From Eubacteriales bacterium (GTDB lineage: Bacteria; Bacillota; Clostridia; Oscillospirales; CAG-272), in NCBI GenBank assembly GCA_045539595.1, contig JAZQFQ010000084.1, forward strand, positions 26,316-90,315: a DNA stretch of 64,000 nt. Direction: 5' to 3'. A program made the position numbers and the translations under genes. Positions within the stretch are counted from its first letter, which is position 1. Each line of letters begins with the position of its first letter. Positions 34,097 through 43,109 of this stretch are shown here, piece after piece. The notes below the pieces were generated by a model. That model saw nothing but the letters and a program-made list of their open reading frames with translations. It did not search any database and was not told the DNA's origin.

Positions 34097-34161
34097 CCAC
34101 CTCCCAACACCATTGTACCATATCTCCCTAATCCTTGTAAACAAAAACCACCATTTTCCTC

Positions 34162-34218
34162 TTGACATCCTTTTCGCTGTATGCTATACTATATTTAACA
34201 AATAGGTTAAATGTTAAA
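34162..34218 (+). promoter_or_regulatory. Promoter and candidate operator of the sdpR-like gene
   Basis: TTGACA (34162-34167), 17-nt spacer, TATACT (34185-34190). TTTAAC-N6-GTTAAA dyad (34194-34211) plus an extra GTTAAA at 34213-34218. Confidence 0.55.
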
Positions 34219-34231
34219 TGAGAGGGAAGAT

Positions 34232-34516
34232 ATGGGACTGCAAAACACGTTGCGTGCCTTGTCCGACCCGATCCGGCGGGAGATTCTGAATCTTCTGAAG
34301 GGCGGGCGCATGTCCGCCGGGGACATCGCGGATCATTTTGAGGTGACGGGGGCGTCCATTTCCCGGCATCTGTCCGTTTTGAAGGAAGCGGATCTGATCC
34401 GCGACAAGCGGGAAGGGAAGTTTATTTTTTACGAGTTGAACGCCTCCGTTTTGGAGGAGATCATGCTGTGGATCACGGAACTGAAAGGAGATAATGACGA
34501 TGCTGAAACGAAATAA
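34232..34516 (+). CDS. ArsR/SmtB family regulator, SdpR-like
   Basis: LSDPIRREILNLLKGGRMSAGDIADHFEVTGASISRHLSVLKEADLI wHTH; GAGAGGGAAG RBS. Confidence 0.85.
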   Translation: MGLQNTLRALSDPIRREILNLLKGGRMSAGDIADHFEVTGASISRHLSVLKEADLIRDKREGKFIFYELNASVLEEIMLWITELKGDNDDAETK

Positions 34517-35581
34517 AGGGAAACTGATTGTTTCCTCTATATTGATTCTTTTGCCGATTCTGTTCGGGGCACTTGTGTGGGAGAAGCTGCCCGAATCCAT
34601 GCCCATCCATTGGGGTGCGGACGGAAAGGCGGACGGATTCAGCAGTCCGCTTGTGGCGGTAATTCTTCTGCCCCTGCTTCTTCTTGCCCTGCACTGGATC
34701 GGCTTGTGGATCACGGCAAAGGATAACGGCAAAACAACCAGAGCGAAAAAGTGACGGGCATGATCTATTGGATTCTCCCCCTGATCTCTCTGTTTGCCTG
34801 CGGGATGATATATGCCGCCGCTTTCGGCCATATGGTGCATATGGGTGCCTATGCTGGGCTTCTGATAGGTGTTGTGTTCATTATAATCGGCAACTATATG
34901 CCCAAATGCCGCCCCAACCGCACCATTGGCATCAAGATCAAATGGACGCTGGCCAATGAGGAAAACTGGGAGCGTACCCACCGTCTGGCCGGCAAGGTAT
35001 GGGTGATCGCGGGTGTATTGTGTCTGCCGGCGGCTCTGCTTCCCGTGACGGTGTTCCCCTATACGATGGTATCTCTTCTTTTCGTGAGTGTGATTGTGCC
35101 GTTTGTGTATTCCTACTGCCTGTACAGAAAGCATCTGCGGGAGGGAATCGCTACGAAAGAGGACTACAAACGGAAGTGGACCAAGGGGGAAAAGATCGCA
35201 ATTCCCATTGTGATCGCGATTCTTGTATTCTGTATTGCCATTTGCTTCACGGGGAATATTGCGGTACACCTGGATGAGGATTCCTTCACAGTCAAGACCG
35301 CCTACTACGACGATCTGCGCCTTGCGTATGCGGACATCGATTCCGTGGAATTCCGTACCGCCGACGATCCCGGTGAGCGGGTGAGCGGTTTTGGAACGCC
35401 CCGGCTGATGATGGGCTGGTTCCGCAACGAGGAATTTGGCGATTACACCCGCTATGCCTACACCGATTCCGATGCCTGCGTGGTGATTCGTTCAAGCGGC
35501 AAGATTTTGGTGATCGGACTTGGGGAAGAATCGGCTACAAAATCCTTTTATGATTCCTTGATGGAGAAAGTGGGAGGCTGA
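34500..35581 (+). pseudogene. SdpI/YhfL-like membrane protein (DUF1648-type N-terminus, SdpI core, extra C-terminal domain), split by an apparent frameshift at an A5 run
   Basis: ORF 34494-34754 (PESMPIHWGADGKADGF) and ORF 34751-35581 (NYMPKCRPNRTIGIKIKWTL..NW..THR) are consecutive parts of one family. They join at GCGAAAAAGTGA (A5 at 34746-34750). Confidence 0.5.
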
Positions 35582-35582
35582 T

Positions 35583-36521
35583 ATGATTGAAGAAAAAATC
35601 GTTGTGGGCGAGGGTTCCCGGTATCCGCTGAAGGGCTGCATGACTTTGCCCGACGATTTGACAAATCCCGTGCCCGCGGTGGTGTTCGTTCACGGCTCGG
35701 GATCCAGTAATAGGGACGAAAAGGTGGGCAAACTGACTCCTTTCCGGGATCTGGCTCATGGACTGGCCGCCCACGGCATCGCTTCCGTCCGGTACGATAA
35801 GCGGTCCTTTGCCCACGGATTCAGGATGCTGCGGGACAAATCCCTGACGATCACGGTACAGGAAGAAACCATCGAGGACGCGATTCTGGCCACGGAAATG
35901 CTGCGGCAGGATCCCCGTATCGATCCGGAGAAGATATTTCTCATCGGTCACAGCATGGGCGGTATGCTGGCGCCCCGCATTGACGCCGAGGGCGGCAACT
36001 ACCGGGGGCTGATCCTGATGGCGGGCACGTCCCGCCGTTTGGAGGAGGCACTCATTGAGCAGAACAACGATGTTCTCAGCGAGATGAGAGGTTGGATGCG
36101 GAAACTGGTGGAAAAGCAGATCAGTAAGCTCAACGATACCTTTGCGGGACTGTACGAGATGTCCGATGAGGAGGCAAAGAAGAAAAAGCTGGGCGGCGGT
36201 GTGACGCTGTACTACTTCAAGGAAATGGGAGAGCATCCCGTGGAGGCGTATCTGGCACGTCTTGACAAACCGATCCTCGTGATGCAGGGCGGAAAGGATT
36301 TTCAGGTGAAGGCGGATGTGGATTTCCGTATGTATAAGGAAATCCTGGCGGATCATCTCCGGGCATCCTTCCGCATGTATGCGGATCTGAATCATGCCTT
36401 TGTCCCCTCCGTGTACGGAAGCATTACAAAGGCAAAACAGGAGTACGGTAAGGAGCAGCATATCGGTGAGAATGTCATCACCGACATAGCCGATTGGATC
36501 CGGCAGGAATCCGTTTCGTAA
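35583..36521 (+). CDS. Alpha/beta hydrolase
   Basis: VVFVHGSGSSNRDE, nucleophile elbow GHSMGG, and C-terminal D/H region. Confidence 0.8.
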   Translation: MIEEKIVVGEGSRYPLKGCMTLPDDLTNPVPAVVFVHGSGSSNRDEKVGKLTPFRDLAHGLAAHGIASVRYDKRSFAHGFRMLRDKSLTITVQEETIEDAILATEMLRQDPRIDPEKIFLIGHSMGGMLAPRIDAEGGNYRGLILMAGTSRRLEEALIEQNNDVLSEMRGWMRKLVEKQISKLNDTFAGLYEMSDEEAKKKKLGGGVTLYYFKEMGEHPVEAYLARLDKPILVMQGGKDFQVKADVDFRMYKEILADHLRASFRMYADLNHAFVPSVYGSITKAKQEYGKEQHIGENVITDIADWIRQESVS

Positions 36522-36538
36522 GAGGACGCACAACAGAG

Positions 36539-36569
36539 AGGCTCTGCCTGAGATGGCAGGGCCTTTTTA
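36539..36569 (+). terminator. Rho-independent terminator
   Basis: AGGCTCTGCC-TGAGAT-GGCAGGGCCT followed by TTTT. Confidence 0.7.
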
Positions 36570-36603
36570 CGGCTCGCTTACGGGGGAAGAATCTCGATTT
36601 TTG

Positions 36604-36632
36604 TTTACAAGCGGCGAATCTTTTGTTATAAT
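36604..36632 (+). promoter_or_regulatory. Promoter for the MFS transporter gene
   Basis: TTTACA (36604-36609), 17-nt spacer, TGtTATAAT (TATAAT at 36627-36632). Confidence 0.6.
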
Positions 36633-36666
36633 GTACGCAGTATTTCAATGAAACCGAGGATTCCCC

Positions 36667-37890
36667 ATGAAAACCAAAAACGCGACTTCGTCCGTGCGCT
36701 GGCTGTATCTGGCCGTGGGCACATTCACCATGCTCTTCGCCGGTATACTGTATGCCTGGTCCATTCTGAAAACGCCCCTGGCAGGTGCGTTCGGATGGGA
36801 TACGTCCGCGCTGGCACTGAATTTCACCCTGACCATGTGCTGCTTCTGTCTGGGCGGCTTCTTCGGCAGCCAGATTTCCCGCAGAATCGGCGCGCCGCTG
36901 ACCATCGTGATCGCCGGGATTCTGGCCGGCGCGGGATTTGTCCTGACCGGTCTGCTGACGGGCAATGTATATCTTTTGTACATCACCTATGCCGTTTTGG
37001 CAGGCCTTGGCATCGGCGTGGCCTATAACGTGATTATCTCCACGGTCAATGCCTGGTTCCCCGACAAGCGGGGGCTGTCCTCCGGATGCCTGCTCATGGG
37101 ATTCGGCGCCAGCAGTTTGCTCTTCGGCACGATTCTGGATAAAATGTTTGCCGCCGATGCTTTCGGCTGGCGTAAGACTTACATCCTATTCGGTATCGCG
37201 GTGGCACTTTGCCTGCTGATCGCCGGCTTGATTATCCGCCGTCCCGGCGAGGACGCGCATCTTCCCGCCCCGAAGAAATCCGCCGCCGTGCGGCAGGAGA
37301 ATTTTGAGGTGAAGGACTTCACTACCTCTCAGATGCTGCGCCGCTTCTCCTTCTGGATGGCCTTTGTCTGCCTGTCCTGCCTGGCGGCAGTGGGCAATAC
37401 GGTAATCAGCTTCGCCCGGGATCTGGCCTTATCTGTGGAAGCCAGCGCGTCTCTTGCCACCACCTTGGTGGGCGTTCTTGCCGTGTGCAACGGATTGGGA
37501 CGGATTATCACCGGCGCGGTGTTTGATTCCTTCGGCCGCCGCGTGACCATGATCGGTGCCAATCTGATCACCATCGTTTCAGCCGGGCTTACCCTGCTGG
37601 CTGTGGTGCTGCATTCCTTGCCCTTGTGCATCGTGGGACTCTGTCTGACCGGCATCTCCTACGGTGCCACCCCCACGGTTTGCTCTGCATTCGTGTCCGC
37701 CTTCTACGGACAGAAATATTTTGCCACCAACTACAGCATCATCAATTTCACATTGATGGCGGCATCCTTTATCGCCACGGCGTGCAATGCGCTGCTGGCG
37801 GCGTCGGGCGCCTATGTGGCTCCGTTTGTTCTGCTGTTGGTATTGGCCTGCGGTGCGCTGGTTTTGAATCTGAGCATCCGCCGCCCGTGA
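36667..37890 (+). CDS. MFS transporter (oxalate/formate antiporter-like subfamily)
   Basis: 407 aa, about 12 TM; RWLYLAVGTFTMLFAGILYAWSIL start typical of OFA-type MFS. Confidence 0.8.
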   Translation: MKTKNATSSVRWLYLAVGTFTMLFAGILYAWSILKTPLAGAFGWDTSALALNFTLTMCCFCLGGFFGSQISRRIGAPLTIVIAGILAGAGFVLTGLLTGNVYLLYITYAVLAGLGIGVAYNVIISTVNAWFPDKRGLSSGCLLMGFGASSLLFGTILDKMFAADAFGWRKTYILFGIAVALCLLIAGLIIRRPGEDAHLPAPKKSAAVRQENFEVKDFTTSQMLRRFSFWMAFVCLSCLAAVGNTVISFARDLALSVEASASLATTLVGVLAVCNGLGRIITGAVFDSFGRRVTMIGANLITIVSAGLTLLAVVLHSLPLCIVGLCLTGISYGATPTVCSAFVSAFYGQKYFATNYSIINFTLMAASFIATACNALLAASGAYVAPFVLLLVLACGALVLNLSIRRP

Positions 37891-37909
37891 AGTTTGGAGG
37901 GATGAAAAA

Positions 37910-38305
37910 ATGAACTGGGGGAATCTGTTGGCTTACGTGGTGATTGCTCTTCTTGGATTGGCTGCCCCGGTAGGCTTCGTTGTGCACTACTGGATCATCA
38001 AATCAAAACAGAAGCGAGAGCTGGACTCCATGGAGGAGTCGGATACGTTGCCCGAGCCGGAATTGGTGCCGGCGCAGGTGACGGAAAGGAAGATCGACCG
38101 CTATTACACGGGCGGCAGGAAATCATCTGTGTATCATGAGGATTTTCTGGTCACGTTCCAGCTTGAGGATGGCGGCGTGATGACCTGCGCTGTTCCCAAG
38201 GAAACGTACTATACCCTAAGCGAAGGGGACAGCGGCATGCTGCTCCATGTAAACGGACATTTTTTGGATTTCGGTGAGGGCAAAGAATGCGATACAACCA
38301 TGTGA
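37910..38305 (+). CDS. DUF2500-like membrane-anchored protein
   Basis: N-terminal TM followed by FLVTFQLEDGGVMTCAVPKETYYTLSEGDSGMLLHVNGHFLDF. Confidence 0.6.
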   Translation: MNWGNLLAYVVIALLGLAAPVGFVVHYWIIKSKQKRELDSMEESDTLPEPELVPAQVTERKIDRYYTGGRKSSVYHEDFLVTFQLEDGGVMTCAVPKETYYTLSEGDSGMLLHVNGHFLDFGEGKECDTTM

Positions 38306-39003
38306 TCGAGGGCACGTTCATCGATCGTCCCAACCGATTCATTGCCCATGTGATGGTGGATGGCAAGACGGAGATCGTCCATGTAAAGAATACGGGACGG
38401 TGTCGGGAACTGCTTGTGCCCGGATGCACGGTCTATCTGGCGGTGTCCGATAATCCGTCACGAAAAACGAAGTACGATCTGATTGCCGTGGACAAACACC
38501 GCCCCGACGGGACCGTGTGGCGGATCAATATGGATTCCCAGGCTCCCAACGAGGCGGTGGCGGAATGGCTTCCGCTCAGCGGATTGTTTTCTCCCCGGGC
38601 GGTGATCCGCCGGGAGGTCACCTACAAGGGATCCCGCTTCGATTTCTATATTGAGGATGGAGATACCAGGGCCTTTCTGGAAGTCAAAGGCTGTACGCTG
38701 GAGCGGGATGGCGCGGCCCTGTTTCCCGATGCGCCCACGGAACGGGGCGTCAAGCATCTGCGGGAGTTGGCGGCGTGCGTGAGCGAGGGATACGATACCT
38801 ATGTGCTGATCGTCGTTCAGATGAAGGGCGTGAGTGCCTTTTCGCCTAACGACGAAACCGATCCCGCCTTCGGCCGGGCTATGCGGCAGGGACACACCGA
38901 CGGCGTGCGGATTCTTGCCGTGGATTGCCTGATCGAGAGGGATAAAATGTTCATCGATGCCCCCGTGCGGGTGGATCTTACGGATAGGAGAGATGCGGAA
39001 TGA
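38287..39003 (+). CDS. sfsA: Sugar fermentation stimulation protein SfsA (DNA/RNA nuclease fold)
   Basis: GTFIDRPNRFIAHVMVDGKTEIVHVKNTGRCRELL and FLEVKGCTL patterns. Confidence 0.9.
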   Translation: MRYNHVIEGTFIDRPNRFIAHVMVDGKTEIVHVKNTGRCRELLVPGCTVYLAVSDNPSRKTKYDLIAVDKHRPDGTVWRINMDSQAPNEAVAEWLPLSGLFSPRAVIRREVTYKGSRFDFYIEDGDTRAFLEVKGCTLERDGAALFPDAPTERGVKHLRELAACVSEGYDTYVLIVVQMKGVSAFSPNDETDPAFGRAMRQGHTDGVRILAVDCLIERDKMFIDAPVRVDLTDRRDAE

Positions 39004-39479
39004 TCGGAATTATGTTCGTATGCCACGGCAACATCTGCCGAAGTCCCATGGCAGAATTTATTTTGAAAGATATGCTGAACAAACGGGGACTGGCCAAGCA
39101 TTGCCGGGTGGCATCCTGCGCTACCAGCACGGAGGAGATCTGGGGCGATGTGGGCAATCCCATGTACCCGCCCGCCAAAGCCATGCTGGAGGCGCACCAT
39201 ATCCCCTATACGGAGCGGCAGGCGGTGCTGCTCAAGCGGAGTGATTACGCCGCGTATGATTTGCTCATCGGCATGGACACGGCCAATATCCGCAATATGA
39301 TGCGGATATGCGGCGGGGATCCCGACGGGAAGATTCATCGGCTGATGGATTTCACCGCCCGGGGCGGCGATGTGGCCGATCCCTGGTACAGCCGGAATTT
39401 TGAGGCCGCTTATCGGGATATTTGCGCAGGATGCGAGGGCGTTCTTTCGTGGATCGAAAAACGGATTCACGCGGAATAA
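39000..39479 (+). CDS. Low molecular weight protein-tyrosine phosphatase
   Basis: ATGA overlap with sfsA; P-loop VCHGNICRSPMAE; DPWY near the C-terminus. Confidence 0.9.
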   Translation: MIGIMFVCHGNICRSPMAEFILKDMLNKRGLAKHCRVASCATSTEEIWGDVGNPMYPPAKAMLEAHHIPYTERQAVLLKRSDYAAYDLLIGMDTANIRNMMRICGGDPDGKIHRLMDFTARGGDVADPWYSRNFEAAYRDICAGCEGVLSWIEKRIHAE

Positions 39480-39483
39480 CACA

Positions 39484-39517
39484 AAACGGTCCGTTGCTCA
39501 TAGCAACAGACCGTTTT
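39484..39517. terminator. Bidirectional terminator
   Basis: AAACGGTCCGTTGCT-CATA-AGCAACAGACCGTTTT. Confidence 0.7.
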
Positions 39518-39717
39518 CACGATTCTATATTTTCTGTATCCTTGGGAGGGTATTCAATGGTTCCCTCAGCAGATTCAAAGTCGCGGATCGCCCGACGGAT
39601 CAGATACAGAATCTCTCCGTTGGCAGATCTACCTTCGTATTTGGCAATATAATGTAGTTTGTAATGCAGCTCAGGATCGATTTCGATGCCGAGATGCTTG
39701 TTGTTTTTATTTCTCAT
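39517..39717 (-). CDS. Ribbon-helix-helix (Arc/CopG-like) DNA-binding protein, 66 aa
   Basis: GGAGG RBS. KHLGIEIDPELHYKLHYIAKYEGRSANGEILYLIRRAIRDFE fits a beta-strand plus two helices. Confidence 0.65.
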   Translation of the reverse strand: MRNKNNKHLGIEIDPELHYKLHYIAKYEGRSANGEILYLIRRAIRDFESAEGTIEYPPKDTENIES

Positions 39718-39734
39718 ATTGCCTCCGATAACTT

Positions 39735-39791
39735 AAATTAAGTATATTTTAAGATAATTTTGTGGTATAATGTGCGGAGTATACTTAATTT
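39735..39791. promoter_or_regulatory. 12-bp inverted repeat pair bracketing divergent promoter elements
   Basis: AAATTAAGTATA (39735-39746) and TATACTTAATTT (39780-39791). TGgTATAAT on the plus strand at 39763-39771. TATACT on the minus strand lies inside the left arm. Confidence 0.55.
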
Positions 39792-40048
39792 GAGTACACT
39801 GAATTGAAGGACAAGATGAAAGTTGCTGTAATAGATGTGAGACAGACAGGAGACAATAATCCAAAATAAATCTGGTGCTCCCCCCACACTTTCGGCAAAA
39901 ACGCGCAAAATCCGCCTTGTGCAACCCCGAGTTGCGTAATTTTCAACTCAGGTTAGTAGACTTTACATCGAAAATGTGGTACGATATAGGCAGAAAAGAT
40001 ACAGAAAAACGCACCTTGAGGAGCCCGGATGCGTTTTTGGAGGAATTT

Positions 40049-40627
40049 ATGAGCCTGGGTGAAAACATCTACAAACATCGCATGGCGAAAAACTGGTCCC
40101 AAACGGAATTGGCGGAGGCACTGGAGGTGTCGCGCCAATCCATATCCAAATGGGAAAACAACATGGCAACACCGGATCTGGATAAAGTGATCAAGATGGG
40201 GGCGATTTTCGGGATCACGCTGGATGAGTTGGTATTTGATACCCCGCCCACGAATAATCCCGACCCGGTCCGGATTACGGAAAGACAGTTCCCCCCTTTT
40301 CGCGTTATGGTGGGGGTGGTTATGCTGGTGTTCGGCATGATTATGTTTCTGCTTTCCATTTTCTGGGGAGATCATCTATACTTCGGTGAGGTGTTCGGCG
40401 AGTTGTTTTCCGCCGTCACCGTGCTGATCAGCATTGCCTTGATCCAGCCCTACGATCTGCGCGTTTTGTCCGTCTGCAGCATCATCTACTTTATCTATAT
40501 GGTAATCTGCTTTGGTGTCTTGAATATTTCCAATGTGATCAATTCACTGTTTACGCTGATTGCCAGCTTTGTGATTGTGATCTGGTTTATTGTATGCGGA
40601 TTGCATGCCAATCCGGAAAAAAAGTAG
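40049..40627 (+). CDS. XRE family HTH protein fused to a 4-TM membrane domain
   Basis: GGAGGA RBS. KNWSQTELAEALEVSRQSISKWENN HTH followed by four hydrophobic helices. Confidence 0.75.
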   Translation: MSLGENIYKHRMAKNWSQTELAEALEVSRQSISKWENNMATPDLDKVIKMGAIFGITLDELVFDTPPTNNPDPVRITERQFPPFRVMVGVVMLVFGMIMFLLSIFWGDHLYFGEVFGELFSAVTVLISIALIQPYDLRVLSVCSIIYFIYMVICFGVLNISNVINSLFTLIASFVIVIWFIVCGLHANPEKK

Positions 40628-40646
40628 AGTGTCACAAGGAGTCAGT

Positions 40647-41339
40647 ATGAATATCATTGGGAACACGCTGGCGGAACTGAATGTGTGGTCCACGGCGTTT
40701 CGGGTCTTTCTGGCGGTTTTGCTGGGGGGATTGATCGGCCTGGAGCGGGGACATCACGGACGGGCTGCCGGTCTCAGAACCCACATTCTGGTGTGTCTGG
40801 GGGCGGCCATGGCGGCGCTGGTGGGACTGTACACCGTGTCCGTGCTGGGATTCTCCAGCGATCCCATGCGCGTGGGCGCTCAGGTCATATCGGGAATCGG
40901 ATTTCTGGGCGTGGGTACGATCATCATCCGCAACCGACAGCAGGTGACGGGCCTTACCACCGCGGCGGGATTGTGGACAACGGCCTGCATCGGGCTGGCC
41001 GTCGGTATTGACTATTACGTGGCGGCATTGGTGGCCTTTTTGGCGGTCATGATCACCATGGCGATCTTTGTCTATCTGGAGCGATCGGTAAAAAGTAAGG
41101 TTACATACAGCTGTTATGTGGAACTGACGGACGTGACCCGGGTGAATGCGCTGTACGACAGCGTAAAATCCCTTGTTTCCCAGGCGGAACTGATTCCCGC
41201 CAAAAGCGGAATCGTGCCCCATGTGGGGATGGAGTTGAACGCCGATTCCAAATCCCCAGCTTCTGCTGCTGATCGATCAAAGCGACGACATTGTGGTGGC
41301 CTTGCCTATCCAAAACTAACGAAAAATCGGGATCGATAG
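40647..41339 (+). CDS. mgtC: MgtC/SapB family membrane protein (3' end possibly frameshifted)
   Basis: AAGGAG RBS. FLAVLLGGLIGLERGHHGRAAGLRTHILVCLGAA. The annotated-frame tail is Arg-rich and runs into the terminator hairpin. Confidence 0.8.
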   Translation: MNIIGNTLAELNVWSTAFRVFLAVLLGGLIGLERGHHGRAAGLRTHILVCLGAAMAALVGLYTVSVLGFSSDPMRVGAQVISGIGFLGVGTIIIRNRQQVTGLTTAAGLWTTACIGLAVGIDYYVAALVAFLAVMITMAIFVYLERSVKSKVTYSCYVELTDVTRVNALYDSVKSLVSQAELIPAKSGIVPHVGMELNADSKSPASAADRSKRRHCGGLAYPKLTKNRDR

Positions 41340-41352
41340 ATCCCGATTTTTT
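41322..41352. terminator. Bidirectional terminator
   Basis: AAAAATCGGGATC-GATA-GATCCCGATTTTTT. Confidence 0.8.
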
Positions 41353-41353
41353 A

Positions 41354-43048
41354 TTACATTTGTGATGTCAGTTTCTCCGCCATGGCCCGCATCCGTGCGC
41401 CATCCACTTTGCATACCTTCCGGTCGTAGGTCAAAAGCCCGTTGGTCTCGTCTTCCACGTCGGACAACTGGGTGTACACCGCGGCGCACAGTCCCGATTT
41501 CACGTGGGGAATCACTTCGTTTTCATACAGTGCGATCAGCGCATCTTCGAACTTTTGTCGATTGTCGAATATCCGGTAGCCATAGGTTTTGTCCGGGTTG
41601 AAGATGTGTCCATCCACGCGGTACACATAGCCACCGAATTCGGAGAGAAAAATCGGTTTGTCCGCGGGCGTCAGCTTCACCGGCTTGAAATATACGTGAT
41701 GGCTGTCCACATCGCTGGGAGCGCCGCGGAACCAGCCGGAGGCGGTATCGATGAAGCGGGAGGAATCCATCTCCTTCAGACGGCGGTACATGGCTCCACT
41801 GTTGAACTGGCCCCAGCCCTCATTGAAAATGGTCCAGCAGCAGATGCAGGGATGATTGTACAGATTCCGCACCGTTTCCTCCATGCCGGTAATGAAAGCC
41901 TGCCGCGTGGCAGGATCCCGATGGAGCCACCGATCGGGCAGGGATTTCAGGCCCACGGTAGGCAGAGCCGTATCCCGCAAAAAGGAATAATCCCCGTTAT
42001 TGACCATGTCCTGGAAAACGATCATGCCTATCTTGTCGCAGGCGTAATAGAAGTATTCCGGCTCGATTTTGATGTGCTTGCGCAGCATGTTGAAGCCCAG
42101 TTCCTTCATGGCGCGGATATCGTCATCGTAGCATTGCGGTGTGGCGGGGGTAAAGATGCCGTCGCTGAAATAGCCCTGATCCAGCACGCCGTGGAAGAAA
42201 TAGGGCTTGCCGTTTAGGCACAGGCGGGGGATTCCGTTTACCTCACGGATGTCCAACGTGCGCAAAGCAAAATAGGAGCGAACGGTGTCGGCGGCGGTCT
42301 GCAGGGTGAACTCGTACAGATAGGGATCCTCCGGGGACCACAGGCGGGGGGCGGGGATGTCCACGCGGGCCACGCCGTCATGCAGATCGGCTCGCAATTC
42401 GCCCTCTGGCGTAATCACGGTCACTACGCCATCCGTCACCCCATCGGCATGGATCACAGCATGATCCGCCCCGGTTTCGATGCGCAGGGCGCGCACATAT
42501 TCCGTGGGCACGCTCTCGATCCAAACGGTTTGCCAGATGCCCGACACGGGCGTGTACCACATCCCGCCCCGCTTTTCGCACTGCTTTCCGTAGGGGAGAG
42601 TCTTGTCTGGCAGATCGTCCGTTACCGTTAGGACCAGGGTGTTGGTATTCCGCAGATGATCGGTGATGTCAAAGGAGAAGGGGGCATATCCGCCCCGATG
42701 CTCTCCCAGCGGGGTGCCGTTCAGCGTAACGGAGGTGCACTGATCCACCGCGCCGAAATGGAGCAGAACCCGATCCCGCACGAATCCCTCGGGCAGAGTG
42801 AAGGTTTTTCGATAGACCAGCCGCGGGCGCTTTCCCATGGAGCGATGGATGCCGGACAAAAGAGACTCCGGCGGGAAGGGAACGGTGATGGTTTCGGCCA
42901 TGCCGTCACCGCAGGAGAATTCCCACCGGCCGTTCAGGGAGAAAAAGGAATCCCGCACCAGTCCGGGACGGGGATAGATATCCCACTCGCCGCCCACGGC
43001 GGATTCCCCGGCGGTGGTGTACAGATCGTTGAGAATCGGTTTTTTCAT
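41354..43048 (-). CDS. Glycoside hydrolase family 2-like protein
   Basis: 564 aa. Sugar-binding N-terminal domain pattern, TIM-barrel region RKHIKIEPEYFYYACDKIGMIVFQDM, and CCWTIFNEGWGQ. Confidence 0.75.
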   Translation of the reverse strand: MKKPILNDLYTTAGESAVGGEWDIYPRPGLVRDSFFSLNGRWEFSCGDGMAETITVPFPPESLLSGIHRSMGKRPRLVYRKTFTLPEGFVRDRVLLHFGAVDQCTSVTLNGTPLGEHRGGYAPFSFDITDHLRNTNTLVLTVTDDLPDKTLPYGKQCEKRGGMWYTPVSGIWQTVWIESVPTEYVRALRIETGADHAVIHADGVTDGVVTVITPEGELRADLHDGVARVDIPAPRLWSPEDPYLYEFTLQTAADTVRSYFALRTLDIREVNGIPRLCLNGKPYFFHGVLDQGYFSDGIFTPATPQCYDDDIRAMKELGFNMLRKHIKIEPEYFYYACDKIGMIVFQDMVNNGDYSFLRDTALPTVGLKSLPDRWLHRDPATRQAFITGMEETVRNLYNHPCICCWTIFNEGWGQFNSGAMYRRLKEMDSSRFIDTASGWFRGAPSDVDSHHVYFKPVKLTPADKPIFLSEFGGYVYRVDGHIFNPDKTYGYRIFDNRQKFEDALIALYENEVIPHVKSGLCAAVYTQLSDVEDETNGLLTYDRKVCKVDGARMRAMAEKLTSQM

Positions 43049-43109
43049 AGTACGTCCTCGTATAAGAATGACCCGCCGAAACGCAAGGCATCTCAGCGGG
43101 AAATTGGGT

